Of a DNA stretch of 64,000 nt, positions 25,401 to 37,194 are shown piece after piece. The notes under the pieces are model-generated. The model saw nothing but the letters and a program-made list of their open reading frames with translations, did not search any database and was not told where the DNA came from. Numbering within the stretch: the stretch's first letter is position 1; the number at the start of each line of letters is the position of its first letter. Both the position numbers and the translations under genes were made by a program. The stretch is taken from the NCBI GenBank assembly GCA_040954595.2, contig CM082577.2:1054001-1118000 (forward strand). Direction: 5' to 3'. This DNA is from Balanoglossus misakiensis (lineage: Eukaryota > Animalia > Hemichordata).

Positions 25401-28400
25401 GTCACTGCATACGTATGAGGTGATTCAACTTCATGTTAGCGGCTGATGTAATCGTGACGACGGTTCACATTTTATAGCGCACGCTGTTAAGGCGGGAATA
25501 ATACGTGCACCGCAAGGTGTAACCAATATCTAGGGTGTTTATCTCTATTTTTCATGGTCCGAAGGACTCAATTTTGACTCCAGCATAGAAGCCAATTTTC
25601 ACTAACAATTATTATTTTTCTTCCAAATAACACCATCTCAGATCAGATTGGGAAATAAATAATTTCGATCGCCGGCCCTTGACACCAGATCGTTTTGAAT
25701 CCGGGTCTTTTGCAAAGAGTGTGGGGGCCATGGCACTCTTGGTTCTTGTCTAACTATGATGAGATCCAATTTGGCCAGAGTTGTTCTTCGCGTGTTTTAT
25801 AATCGTCGTACTGGTCTCCTTGGTTAATATTCGTCTAGTTCTGCGACTGAACAGTTTCTTCATTAGGTGTTTCCTCTCGAATTGATTAATGTTATTCACT
25901 GCTTTTGTGGTACCGATTGTGCAGGTGTAGGCTGTGTTGAACACGAGCATTGGTGCACACATAATTGTAACACCTGACTCGGTACATGTGACCTTGTCAA
26001 CACACCGACGGGTTTTATTTCAAGCAAGACTATTTTCAGCGTTAAAGAATTCATTTTCTAAACACCAAAAAGATTTTAATTTCCAAAATTTGCTTGATCC
26101 AGTTTGTCATAAGGGATCATGAAAAGTATGGAATTAAAAAGTTAGCTCGGTTTCTGACGCGACCAACGGAAAGAAAATCGTGCCTGAACCACGTAACCGT
26201 GCCTGAACCAAAGAATATGTTATTACGTACATGATTTAAGACGTTAATGGAGGGTTCTTACAAATATTGGCAAATTTAATAAACCTGAACATCGATAAAA
26301 GTGCTAATTAATTATCTGCGTGTTACGCAATCGTCGCATCTCCACATTAATGCAATTGCAAGCTTTTAAAATGGCTGATTAGTATTGATCAGCGCATGCG
26401 TTAGTTACCATGGTTTCTTCCAGGTGGTACTTGGCCATATGCGTTTTTTACACACTATTAATCGGTCAAAAACTGTAAATTGGAGGTGAACGTGTAACTT
26501 TAATAAAGCGGATTATACGACGTGAGCATTGTTTGATATAAACCCACGTTTTCACTGAATTGATAAAAATTAAATAACCCATCCATCTACAATGATAAAA
26601 CTTAGGTGAATTCCAATCAGATGGTCCGAAATGCAAGCAATGTGGGGGGGGGGGGGGGTTATTGCTAATTATTATGATTTTTATAATGCAATATTGTATC
26701 ATATAGCATTGGATTGTATTGATTTTATCTTGCAGCTAGCATTGATTTTTACCAGTGGTTTTATCGCGTAGTATTCGATTGTATTTTTTTTATCATGTAG
26801 CGTTGCAATGTTATGTATTAAAAAATTCGTATTACATTTACCATGGTATTTGATAATAAAAGTTTCTAAATATTTGTCCCTATTTTTTCCATTTGTATTG
26901 TACTACTAATAATGTTTAAATGGATTTTTTTTTCACTTTTGCGGACGGTAACGTAATCTCATAACTCGATCTCAACTGCAATTTCTGACAGCAGATGAAA
27001 AGCCATTCTTGACAAATCTGTTTGTCACGTTTGTTATGCATTGCAAACCCATTTCAGGTTAATAATGGTGTTCGTGCGAACGTCATTTAACTGAAAGGTC
27101 ATGAACTTAGGTTAGCTTTCTTGGTGTGTTCACGCAGATTGCTGACTCTCACATTCACAACCCACGCACAACGGAAACGCCCACGCCGCGCCGCGCCCTT
27201 AATCGCGCGCAAGGGACGCACTAAAAACGGGGAGGGCGGATTTTTTTTAGAAATGGTCGTGACATTATTTTCTATTTTTGGTTTGGCTCTTTTTTTCATT
27301 CCCATTTGTATTTTTATTCTTATTTCTAATTTCCCATATGATATATGCATTCGGATATTGAAATTACAATTATTTTGACATAGTTCGTTCGAAAATTCAA
27401 CCCGGAACACCGGTGTTGTGCCGAATTCGGCCCCATGCCGAATACGTCCCCGCGCATGCCTTGACAAACAAACCATGGCTTCTAAGGGATAAGATCGGCA
27501 GGTAAAGCTGCTGATTTCAGCCCCGTTGCCGATTAAGACCCCAACTAAAGTCATGTTAACTATTGAAAGCTAAAAGTGATGGTTTCGGCCTAAATGGGTG
27601 AATATCTGCCCATGGCCCTGATTTGTTGGTGGAATGAAATTAAATCCTTGCGGTAATGCAATGTCCAAGTTTACAGTGCAGTACAATGTACATTCATGCA
27701 CAGCCTTACATGCACGTTGGATGGCAAAACTTTCACACAAGAAAATGCAATATTTCAGACACATGTTACTGATGACCCGAGCATGCGCGGGACGTATTCG
27801 GCATGGGGCCGAATTCGGCACAACACCGGTGTGCAAAGGAGATACATGTGCTGACTTAATGACGCGCATGCGCTTCGTATATTTTCGTTACTCCATCTCA
27901 TCGATGTCGACTCGCGATGTCTGTGTGTGTGTGGGGGGGGGGGTGACGAGGGAAGGGAGCATGAAATGGCCATGCAACCAGGTATCACATCTGATCAATG
28001 TGAGGCACCGTGCACCTTTCTTGTTTGATCATTTTACATGTACGACTGACACTCGACTCATCTGGCCAACCTATTATTTCCCTGAAGCCAGCCATGTCGC
28101 CTATTAAATGCGACCCATGAGTCACAAATTATGTAAAGCATATTAATATTAACTCTATGTTACAGCTGTAAACCACACCACCAACAGGCACGTAATGGTT
28201 TAGTAGACATGTCCCATTGCAACAATAAAATTTTATAGAACTAAGAAGCGTATCTCCATGGCAACTTACCTGTCAAGAATTAATTCCTCCAATTTAGGCA
28301 GATCGCAGGCGATGTATTCCAGCGAGGCGTCCGTTATGCGGGGGCACCATGACAGGTCGAGCGACTTGAGTATATGCATGTTTTCAGCGATTAACTCGAC

Positions 28401-29549
28401 ACCGTCGTCTGTGATTTTACTACAACCAGAGAGGCTGAGGGTGTGCAGGTGGGGCAGGGTGTGTACAATATTTAAGATAGCATGGTTGGTGATTTCCCAG
28501 CAAGAGCGCAACCGCAGCACCGCCATGCTGCAGCTCTGCTTTGACGTGAAGTACGACATGACATTGTCTGTGACATGGTACGCCTGTAGGTTGAGCTCGT
28601 GAAGGCAAGGAAGTCTCTGGGCGATGGCAGCGACGCTATCGTCACCGACGTTGATGCAGTCGCTGATGCCGAGTGATGTTATCCTCGGGTTGAGACTCGA
28701 CCATAGACCGGCCTCAGTGAAATCGTTACACCCGCTGAGCTCTAGCCTATTAACGGCCGACAGTTGTTCCAACATGACCTCTAGTCCGGCGTCGGTGACA
28801 GTCGACCGTTTCAGGCTAATGGCATGTGTACATTTCTTCGATTGAGGAAAATTGTCTATAAATTCACAGATATCAAGATCAGATACACTCACCAAACACA
28901 CGCTTTCAATTCCCTTCAAATGAAAGCTCGCTAGATCAGTAAATTTTTTCTCCTCGCTTCCCGCCATCGCGTCATACAGATCTCGTCGATGCAATATGGG
29001 CGTAAAATCTCTCCAAAATTTGGGTTGATACAAGACTCTCTTCCATGTTTTACACACCTGGGCAAGAAGACACCTTTCGCAGGGCCCAAAATAAAGAAAC
29101 AAACGGCTGAGAAATTTTTCATCCAACAGGAGATCCATCCATGTCTTGGCCGAATATAACGTAGGCTGTAAATTCTTGTGGATCGCCTGTAAACGTTGCT
29201 CTCGCGGGGATGAAACTCCGTTCTCCATTAATTTCGTATCATTCAATATCTCCCGCTTTTCCTGGCTCTCTGTACTCGGTCGTCGCACGGACGCTGAAAC
29301 GCACATCGCCGACGTCGTGTTGTTTGGAGTCAAATGAATTCCGTTGACGCCGTTAATAGGACTCTTTCGGTTCGCTGTCGTCGTCGCTCCTGCCGCCGTC
29401 GTCGTCGTCGTCGCCATGTCGTCACGAGGCGATATCTCATTCGCCGTCCGCGAGGCCGAGTGCGGGAGAGCTTCTGACATCTCCAAGTCCATCCCACTCT
29501 TGCTGGGTAATAATGCGCTGAAATTTCCAGGCAGGTTTGAGACACTCAT
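16491..29549 (-). CDS. FBXL16: F-box/LRR-repeat protein 16; coding exons 28270-29549, 17769-17917, 16491-16639
   Basis: [84 protein letters not shown]|[31 protein letters not shown]. Phases are consistent. Confidence 0.96.
22860..22950. repeat. (CAGA)n/(CGGA)n tract with flanks resembling a non-autonomous Helentron/HINE-like interspersed repeat fragment
   Basis: TGCCAAACTTGG...GTTGAGATGCTATGCT-GACAGACAGACAGACGGACGGACGGACG. Family assignment is by resemblance only. Confidence 0.4.
24687..24880. repeat. Pentanucleotide microsatellite (TGTGA/TGTGG)n in the FBXL16 intron
   Basis: Directly visible. It produces the His/Thr-rich ORFs on the minus strand. Confidence 0.92.
27414..27825. mobile_element. 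Non-autonomous DNA transposon (MITE), ~45-bp TIRs starting TGT, CCGG target-site duplication; Ginger1-like
   Basis: Left TGTTGTGCCGAATTCGGCCCCATGCCGAATACGTCCCCGCGCATGC (27414-27459) is the reverse complement of 27781-27825 with one indel. CCGG at 27410-27413 and 27826-27829. Confidence 0.8.
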
Positions 29550-31779
29550 TAACGAATGCTATTCACGTTCGCTCGGTCGTCAGAATGCCTGCATTGCTAA
29601 ATTGATGGATATCGAGCGAGGCGTTCTGAGTGCGGACGACCTTGTTGCGATATTACTACTCTGTATAACATGCAGTGGCATGTGCATCGTTCAAAAACCC
29701 GCGAAATAATTTCTCAGTAGCCATCCATCCATCCATCCATCGGTCGTCAGTGGGCTCAACATTCCTGTGTTAAAAATTACCGGCGATCAAGTCGAAGCCT
29801 TCAGCCCACGGAGATCGTTAATTTTGATACGTGACCTGTTGTGAATTCCCCTTGCTCATTATCGCTGTGACACAGAAAATTGATATAACAAGTGGATGCG
29901 TTGGGTATACTAGTAAACTGGTACATTTACCACCAGTTTCCTGGACGGAGACCTGTTCTGCCCAAAGGCACTGTCTGCCGCACAACACACACTCACACGT
30001 ACATACACGCGTGCGTTCTGATTGTAAATATCCAATGGCTGGGTGTCCCAATTATCCGGGAAAGGGCATTGATGTAGTTCGAACTCATTTGCATACTACG
30101 GATCACAGGTGAGCCACAGCCCCTCCACCTGAGAAGAATATGCACTCAGTGAACAAGAATCATAAAATTGGTGGTAACTGTTACTCCTGTGCGATAGAAG
30201 ACGGGAGGATAATATTAAATTTCACTCTCTTGGGAAGAATGTAGTGTTTTCCTCTATATTTTTTTTGCCGAATAATCATGATTCTTTGGTATTCGCGGCG
30301 ACGCCCGGCATTAAATGAGCATGCACTTGAAGCAATTTAATATGCATGCACTGTGAAGCTCAGTTGTGCATATACAATTCTCCGACAACTTTTTAGAAAG
30401 GACCTCGTGACACATGAGCAGTTTACATGTACATGTACATAGCACTAGCAATGCTAGTGTGCGGTATGCTAATTATATATGTGCCCCCCCCCCCCCGACA
30501 GTAGGTTACACCACCAAGGCACACAATAGCTACGTCATTGACTAAACATGAAATAGACGGGGTTATGAATTATTCTTAGTTGTCATAAACGGACGCGACG
30601 AAATAAACGGCGTGGTATTTTACCCTCTTCTGGCCTCTCGCATTTGATGTGGATCGATCCATTGTCGTGATTGAGATGGGTACGACGCCATCAAATAATT
30701 ACTAATGCCACATTAAAGTTGGAATATGACAGACCTCAATAATTACAATTTTTAACAATGTGATCATCGATCGCTCCTTTTATCTCGCTCCATTCCTGGA
30801 GGCTATTCTTCGGAATTGTATTCGGAAATTATTTTTAATGTGAAGTTACCGTCTGGTTATATTAAACCATTGACATATTTTAGCAAAAAAGGGGCAACTT
30901 AAATCTGCATAATACCAGCCGCACCAAACCCGTAAAATTGACCTCATTATTTGTTAAAGTGCACATTGATTTGAGATATGACTGTTGTCAACTGCTCCCA
31001 CTTGTACACGAACGCTTTTCAACGAATCGGTGATCCGTTCGATAGACTCCCCCCCCCCTCGCAGATTGTGGTTTCTTCCGCTTATTTAACATAACCGATG
31101 AACCTCATTTAGTGACGACGTTTCTGCCAGCGATCGACGAAATGTGTGCTGTAAATATTGATGATATAGTCTTTGATAAAATAAGCCAGCAATACATACC
31201 CGTCATCAATTGGTTTTGCCTATGTAGGTCAGACAAGTCTGAGATTTACCCAGCTGACGTCATAACAATGTCGTTTATACGTTATAAGTTGTCATTTTTG
31301 AAATACATGTATTCTGTGACTTCAATTATACTGCGATTGAACCACAATACATAAAACTTACAACCACGAATTTCGACCTATTACTCGAAACAAATTCGGT
31401 GACAACGGGTCAGAGTTACTAGATGATTGTAATAAGAGATAAATTTTGATTGTTGCTATGGTAATCAGAAATTAACCAGAGAAGATGCCCTTCCAGAGAA
31501 TTGATTGCTGCAGCAAATTTGATAAAGCCGTCTACAGATACCAGGCCAATGTTTATGAAGCTTGATAGAGATACTGTTCTTTCATTGGCGTTTAATAGAA
31601 ATTAAAACTGTACACAAACCATCAAAACACAAAACACATAGCTATCTATGTGAAAGCCAATCATTCTGATGTGACTGATGTGACACATTGTGCAAACGCT
31701 GTTGCAAATCCTGTGATATTTAAAAAAACCCGGCCATACTGCAATGGAAAAATGTAACAGTCACATAGTCATCAATCAA

Positions 31780-32982
31780 TCAATCCATCCAGAGAAAAGT
31801 GTGGTTAAGAAGCGATTCAAGTTGTTGGTTGTAAGGTCTGAAGTAAGCACGCAATTTGGACAACACTGAATCATCTACTTCCGGGTGGTGGCGCCCTTTT
31901 CCCTTCGGCATGCAGTGCTTGTGGGGAAAACGCAAACAAAAGAAAAGTTTTTCTTCGTCGAAATAAAACTGATCTTTTGTAAAATACGTAGAAAGTTTTA
32001 GAAAAAGTTCAACTTCTTTTACTACTTTGTACGGATCTCTTTTCAAAACTTCACCGTCGATGACAAGAATTTGATCAAGAGGGAAGTATTCAAGCCATCG
32101 ACGGATGTGGTTGACATACAGACCAACGTCTGTCAGAGGCGTCTGTGCGTTGACTTCACCGTCAGAATTAATTACACTTTCTTCAAAAGTGTTTCGTAAA
32201 TGGTAGAGAGGAGAGAGTATTGCTTTTCGTTCCTCCATACCTGAACGAATTACTCCTGAAACTTGCACGAAGTCTGATATGGCCCTCTTCACTGGGTCAC
32301 AGGTTACAAGGATAATTTTAACATCTGGAGAAATGTCTTCGTATATCCGCCTGGGTGTCTGGGGTTCCACGAAATATTTCGGCGATTTTTCAGTGGCGAG
32401 TTGGGATGGCGTCGTGTATGGCATCTTCCGCAGGTACCAGTCGATGCCTTGGTGGTAGTTCATGTCAAAGAAGTGGACTTCTCGATCGTCTGTGTACATC
32501 ACTTGAGGGTGATCTTTAAGGAAAAATCTCAGCGCCCCGGTTCCGCATTTTTTTACTCCGACTGTGAGTACACCGGGAAGCCGTTTCTTACATCCCCGTC
32601 TGGCAAGTTCGCTTTTCGGTAATGCACGCAGCCATTGCCAACTAGTCGACCCGTGTTTTGTGTAGCACATTTTGCCCGCCATGATGTCGTGTTCTCCTTC
32701 CACTAAATCAACATCTTGATAATTATTGTTGTCTCCCGACCCTTGGTCTCTGCTGAAGATGGGCGGTTCCACTTCTGACGCTGCTTGTACATTGTCGACG
32801 CCAGTGGCACGATTCGAAGTGGACGGGTTCATTTCAACGCTCTTGTCATACGACGAGAAACTCTTGTCGACTGGGTTCCAGAAGAACACGCCTATTACAA
32901 GGCACAGGACGGAAATTACAAGAACTGCGAGTGATGGACCGCGCTTGGGCTTGGCGATAAACGAGAGAATATCGGGCGCCAT
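31780..32982 (-). CDS. Heparan sulfate glucosamine 3-O-sulfotransferase-like, type II membrane, single coding exon (paralog A)
   Basis: N-terminal TM, then KRLPGVLTVGVKKCGTGAL, EVHFFD, WYLRKMP, EKSPKYF, DPVKRAISDFVQ, RWLEYFP, C..KGKGRHHP. First ATG at 32982 (the track start at 33003 is GTG). Confidence 0.92.
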   Translation of the reverse strand: MAPDILSFIAKPKRGPSLAVLVISVLCLVIGVFFWNPVDKSFSSYDKSVEMNPSTSNRATGVDNVQAASEVEPPIFSRDQGSGDNNNYQDVDLVEGEHDIMAGKMCYTKHGSTSWQWLRALPKSELARRGCKKRLPGVLTVGVKKCGTGALRFFLKDHPQVMYTDDREVHFFDMNYHQGIDWYLRKMPYTTPSQLATEKSPKYFVEPQTPRRIYEDISPDVKIILVTCDPVKRAISDFVQVSGVIRSGMEERKAILSPLYHLRNTFEESVINSDGEVNAQTPLTDVGLYVNHIRRWLEYFPLDQILVIDGEVLKRDPYKVVKEVELFLKLSTYFTKDQFYFDEEKLFFCLRFPHKHCMPKGKGRHHPEVDDSVLSKLRAYFRPYNQQLESLLNHTFLWMD

Positions 32983-33979
32983 AGTTGAGATCTCTCCTTC
33001 CACGAATCTTTACGTCGTTCGAACAAAAAAAGTTATTGGTACGCTTCACAAGATGTAAATAGTTTTGTCATCACCATTGATCTTCCAGGAGTAGCAAACG
33101 TTTCTTTCTGTCTGACTATGACTACGACGATCGAGGTCCCGTTGTACTGTACACACTAGTACTGACTTTCCAGTCTAAAATGTCAAATAATAAAACGACG
33201 TTTAGTAATAATTATTGGCGATGGCGGTGCTGCAGTCCCAAATACTTTTGGGGTCACGAGACACAACAGGCAGCGACAACCACCTGCTCATCCAACGTGT
33301 CCGCTGCTAACTTCGCAGTCTCATTGTGTTTGGCTAAATATGCACTCCCGGGTTTATGACTATAGAACAATGACACCTGCAACAATTGAAATTGATCGAT
33401 GATCGTCTTCATGCGCATATATTAAAACAGAAACACTCTGCGCCTATTTCGGGCAAAATTGCTCAGAAACACGAATTTCACCACCATTTTGGGGGAACCT
33501 CAGCAATGTGCCGTGATGGTGTAACGGTGTGCATCCAAATAACTGAATGTCTATTGTCATATTTGGGTTTAGATTGCCAGAGGCTCAAACAGCCGCTGCA
33601 CCCTACTATCTATTTCCATATGAAAGAGTGTTGCTGTCCTACAAACGGCGAGAATACTGCGCAATATTACGCTATTGACGCCTTTCCAGAAAACCCTATA
33701 GGTTTATTCACAGAGACCGTGGTTTTTGGAAACTTCCAAGACCCAAACCACTTCAGTACTTGCCACTTCTTACATGATCACTTCTAGTCACGCGAAAGGT
33801 TCTATTTGGGAGAGCCTCAGTGAGGGGTGAAAGTTACGCAAAACGCTTTCTTCTTCGTCTACCTATAGGTTACGTAACATGGATTGATTTATCCGACACT
33901 GAAATGACCATGTTGACCACGTCACACAGTTGACCGAGAATAATGCCATGTAATACTTAGTGTTTGTTCGGTAACCGAG

Positions 33980-35578
33980 ATGTTAGACAAGACTTTCTCC
34001 ACTTGCAGGACGACGAAGCACAAGAAAATTGGTCTGATTTTCCTGGTTTGTGTCGCTTTGGTGAGCGCAGTGTATCTGGGAGGCAGCGTGTACCGACCGC
34101 TGTTGATCTCGGCATGGCCAGGAGGCGAATTCACCGGACGGACAGAGATAATAACGTCGTCAAATACTGACACAGGGCGAGATCTAAGTTCATCCAATGA
34201 CGATTCGGAATCAGAATGGTGGCAACAGGAGAGAGAGTCGGATGTTTTCGACGACGGTAGGCACTTTAAAACAGATAATGAAATATATGACCCGGCCTCG
34301 ATGACAATTTCGACTGAAAGTGGTTCAACTGTTCGGAAGCTGAAACCTGTCGGACAATCACAGCAAATAACAGGTATCCAATCGTCCGAAGACGGTGCCT
34401 CTCTTGCAGAATCGCTTTGGATAGAACCCGACCGACCTCTGTTTCGACCAGAGGTAGACGCACCGTCCGAGAGCGACAATGAAGAATTTAAAGCTGATGA
34501 TGAATATTGGAGGTCTTTCATTCGAGGCATAACCAGAGATGGCAGTGACGTCAGGGGGCGTTGGGAAGTTCCGTCGTCGGACGTGGAAGCGCCAGAAGAC
34601 GGAATGGGGCCTGCTGACAATATGAACATGACGTATCAAGTTGGGGAGACTTATAAGAATACATCTGCTCGCACAAAGCAGCCGAATGTTCTTAACACCA
34701 AATGGAGAGAAGCAAAACCAGTCAAATGCAGGTTTGCATCGAGATTTAAATCGCCGGAATGTGCACGACGACTTCCCAAAGTTTTGGGTATCGGCGTTAA
34801 GAAGTGTGGCACGGGAGCGTTTATGTTTTTCTTTGGCACGCATCCAACTATGGCCTCGCGGTATGGTGAAGTGCACTACTTCGACAGGAGTGGTAATTAT
34901 AATCGAGGTTTGGAGTGGTATCGGAAGATCATGCCCTTCTCGACAGAGAACCAAATCACGATGGAAAAGTCTCCGAAATACTTCGTATCGCCCGATGTTC
35001 CGAGAAAGGTTCGCGACGATTTGTCTCCGAACACAAAGTTGATACTTGTAACCTGCAATCCGGTTTCTCGATCGATCTCCGATTATGTCCACGAATCGTT
35101 GATTCTAAGGCACCAGCGGAAAAGGAATATCACCAGGAATGGATCCCCTTATACAATAAGGAAAACATTTGAAGAGAGTGTCATAAAACAGGATGGTTCT
35201 GTGGACGCTGAAAATGCCCTGATCAGCACAAGCATTTATGTGAACCACATTCGGCGTTGGCTCGAGTATTTTCCAAGAGAGCAGATTTATATTCTAGACG
35301 CTGAACTGATGAAGAAGGATCCTTACCAAGTGATGAGCGAAGTGGAACGTTTTCTTGACATTCCCCAATATTTCACAAGGGAACATTTTTACTTCAACAA
35401 ACAAACTGGCTACTACTGCCTCGCAAAACCGAAGAGAAATTGCCTCCCGAAAAACAAGCATCGTCGTCACCCAAAAGTTGGAACGACCACATTGAACACA
35501 CTGAAGGAATTTTACGAACCTTTCAATAGAGACTTCGCCGAGTTAGTTGATAAACAATTTCTGTGGCATGACAAGTAA
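33980..35578 (+). CDS. Heparan sulfate glucosamine 3-O-sulfotransferase-like, long acidic stem, single coding exon (paralog B)
   Basis: 532-aa ORF with TM, RRLPKVLGIGVKKCGTGA, EVHYFD, GLEWYRKIMP, MEKSPKYF, RSISDY, RWLEYFP. Confidence 0.92.
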   Translation: MLDKTFSTCRTTKHKKIGLIFLVCVALVSAVYLGGSVYRPLLISAWPGGEFTGRTEIITSSNTDTGRDLSSSNDDSESEWWQQERESDVFDDGRHFKTDNEIYDPASMTISTESGSTVRKLKPVGQSQQITGIQSSEDGASLAESLWIEPDRPLFRPEVDAPSESDNEEFKADDEYWRSFIRGITRDGSDVRGRWEVPSSDVEAPEDGMGPADNMNMTYQVGETYKNTSARTKQPNVLNTKWREAKPVKCRFASRFKSPECARRLPKVLGIGVKKCGTGAFMFFFGTHPTMASRYGEVHYFDRSGNYNRGLEWYRKIMPFSTENQITMEKSPKYFVSPDVPRKVRDDLSPNTKLILVTCNPVSRSISDYVHESLILRHQRKRNITRNGSPYTIRKTFEESVIKQDGSVDAENALISTSIYVNHIRRWLEYFPREQIYILDAELMKKDPYQVMSEVERFLDIPQYFTREHFYFNKQTGYYCLAKPKRNCLPKNKHRRHPKVGTTTLNTLKEFYEPFNRDFAELVDKQFLWHDK

Positions 35579-37194
35579 ATGCGAGCAATGTTATTAGAAA
35601 TACATTTTACTGGATTTCCACAATCGATTGACAATTTTCAAGCATAACTCATGTGTGCTTTGTCTTCCTTTGCTCGCAATATCAAGTCTTGAACAGACGA
35701 TGGTGCTGACACTATCTGTGCTTTATTCTGTGATTTACTACCAACGAGTTTACCACGTTTCACATTTCGTCGTCAGTATCCTAAAGCCTACAAAACGAAA
35801 ATAAAACTTTTTTTGACAACAAAGATTTGTAAGTCAAGTGATTATTGAAATAATAATGTGGCTGCGTTTCCCAGTGTCTCCTTATTCAAAAACACAAGGG
35901 CACCTGTAGGCACTTGTAAGTATTATTATAACTGCAAATGAGCAAAAGTCATCCTCTCAATCACCGCAGTGCAAAGAAACATATTTGCATATGACCTCAG
36001 TTAACGCCAGCGTGCGCAGGCGCAGTTGACTTTCCCTAAATTCCCGACTGAATCGTCTCTGTATTTGTTATACGCATGGAGAATACAGCGTCAGTCACGA
36101 ATGTCATAAAATTTAAGGATAACTTTGGCAATGGACATGGTGACGTCAGCTATATTATCACACGAAGATTAGTGTACCAGTAATTTTTTTTATGAATTCA
36201 GGTAGGTTCACACATTTGTCTGATGTACGAAATATAACTGTGTGTTCTTGTGAGTGGAATTATATCTACGTTAGATCTTTGAAGGCGGCAAAACTGATAT
36301 CGCGATAACACTGAAAAATGAGGTCAGAATTGTTGGATATTCTATGAATGCACTCAGGCTGTTTACAGCTTATCATTGTGGCGCGATTGCACAGTTATCT
36401 CTCGTCTAGGAGAATGTGACCACGGTTAAAAGAAATGTTTAATGCATGTCCACCTGTAAGAATTTACACATTCGCCGGAATTTGATAAATATTGCAATAC
36501 GTATCTCGGTGACTGAATATACACTGCCGGCAATGTGGGATTAACATTTGACCGAAATTTCCATTTCACGAAAACTAGACATTGCAGAAACGGTGTGTAT
36601 ACACTCCGAATCATGATATAGTCTCTTTGTAGTCCGTGTACTATTTGGCGGTTGTCATAACAACTGCGCTACAGAGTCTTTCCACAGAGGGTCATTTGCA
36701 TGCGCAGTCGTTCGCCTGCGCACAATAAACGAACAGGATGAAAATACCTGATTCAATTTCCGGGCCTTCGTCATAATGAATTGATGTAATTCAAGATAAA
36801 GCCAGCAGTGATGAACACATGACAACTTTTACGCCATGTTCAATTGTTCTTGGCTTACACTATTGACTCTCGCGAGAACACAAATATTCTGTTGATTCAA
36901 ACTACACATTCAATTGCTTGAACAGACATGTACACCTATTGTTCTGAATCGTTTAACTTTCATCTTTGCACAGGCTATGATCGAACGTGGATCCCGTAAT
37001 TTATTGTACAGACGACGATTTCTGTCTCGGTTTCTGCGTTGTATGTACGAAAGAAGATGTAGGCGACCGTGACACTCATGTATGGGCAACAGTCATGAGT
37101 GTTAGAATTAGTTTGGGCGTAGAAACATAATACGCTTGTAGCCACCCAAGAAATTCACCTGCTCAAGATACGTGTATTCTGTAAAAAAAAAAAA

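Noticed and set aside
27099-28107. Several ORFs sharing [13 protein letters not shown]
   Set aside because: The shared peptide comes from the MITE's inverted repeats. There are no transposase motifs.
33922-35092. 235-aa and 244-aa minus-strand ORFs
   Set aside because: They are antisense shadows of the sulfotransferase B coding exon with no recognisable motifs.
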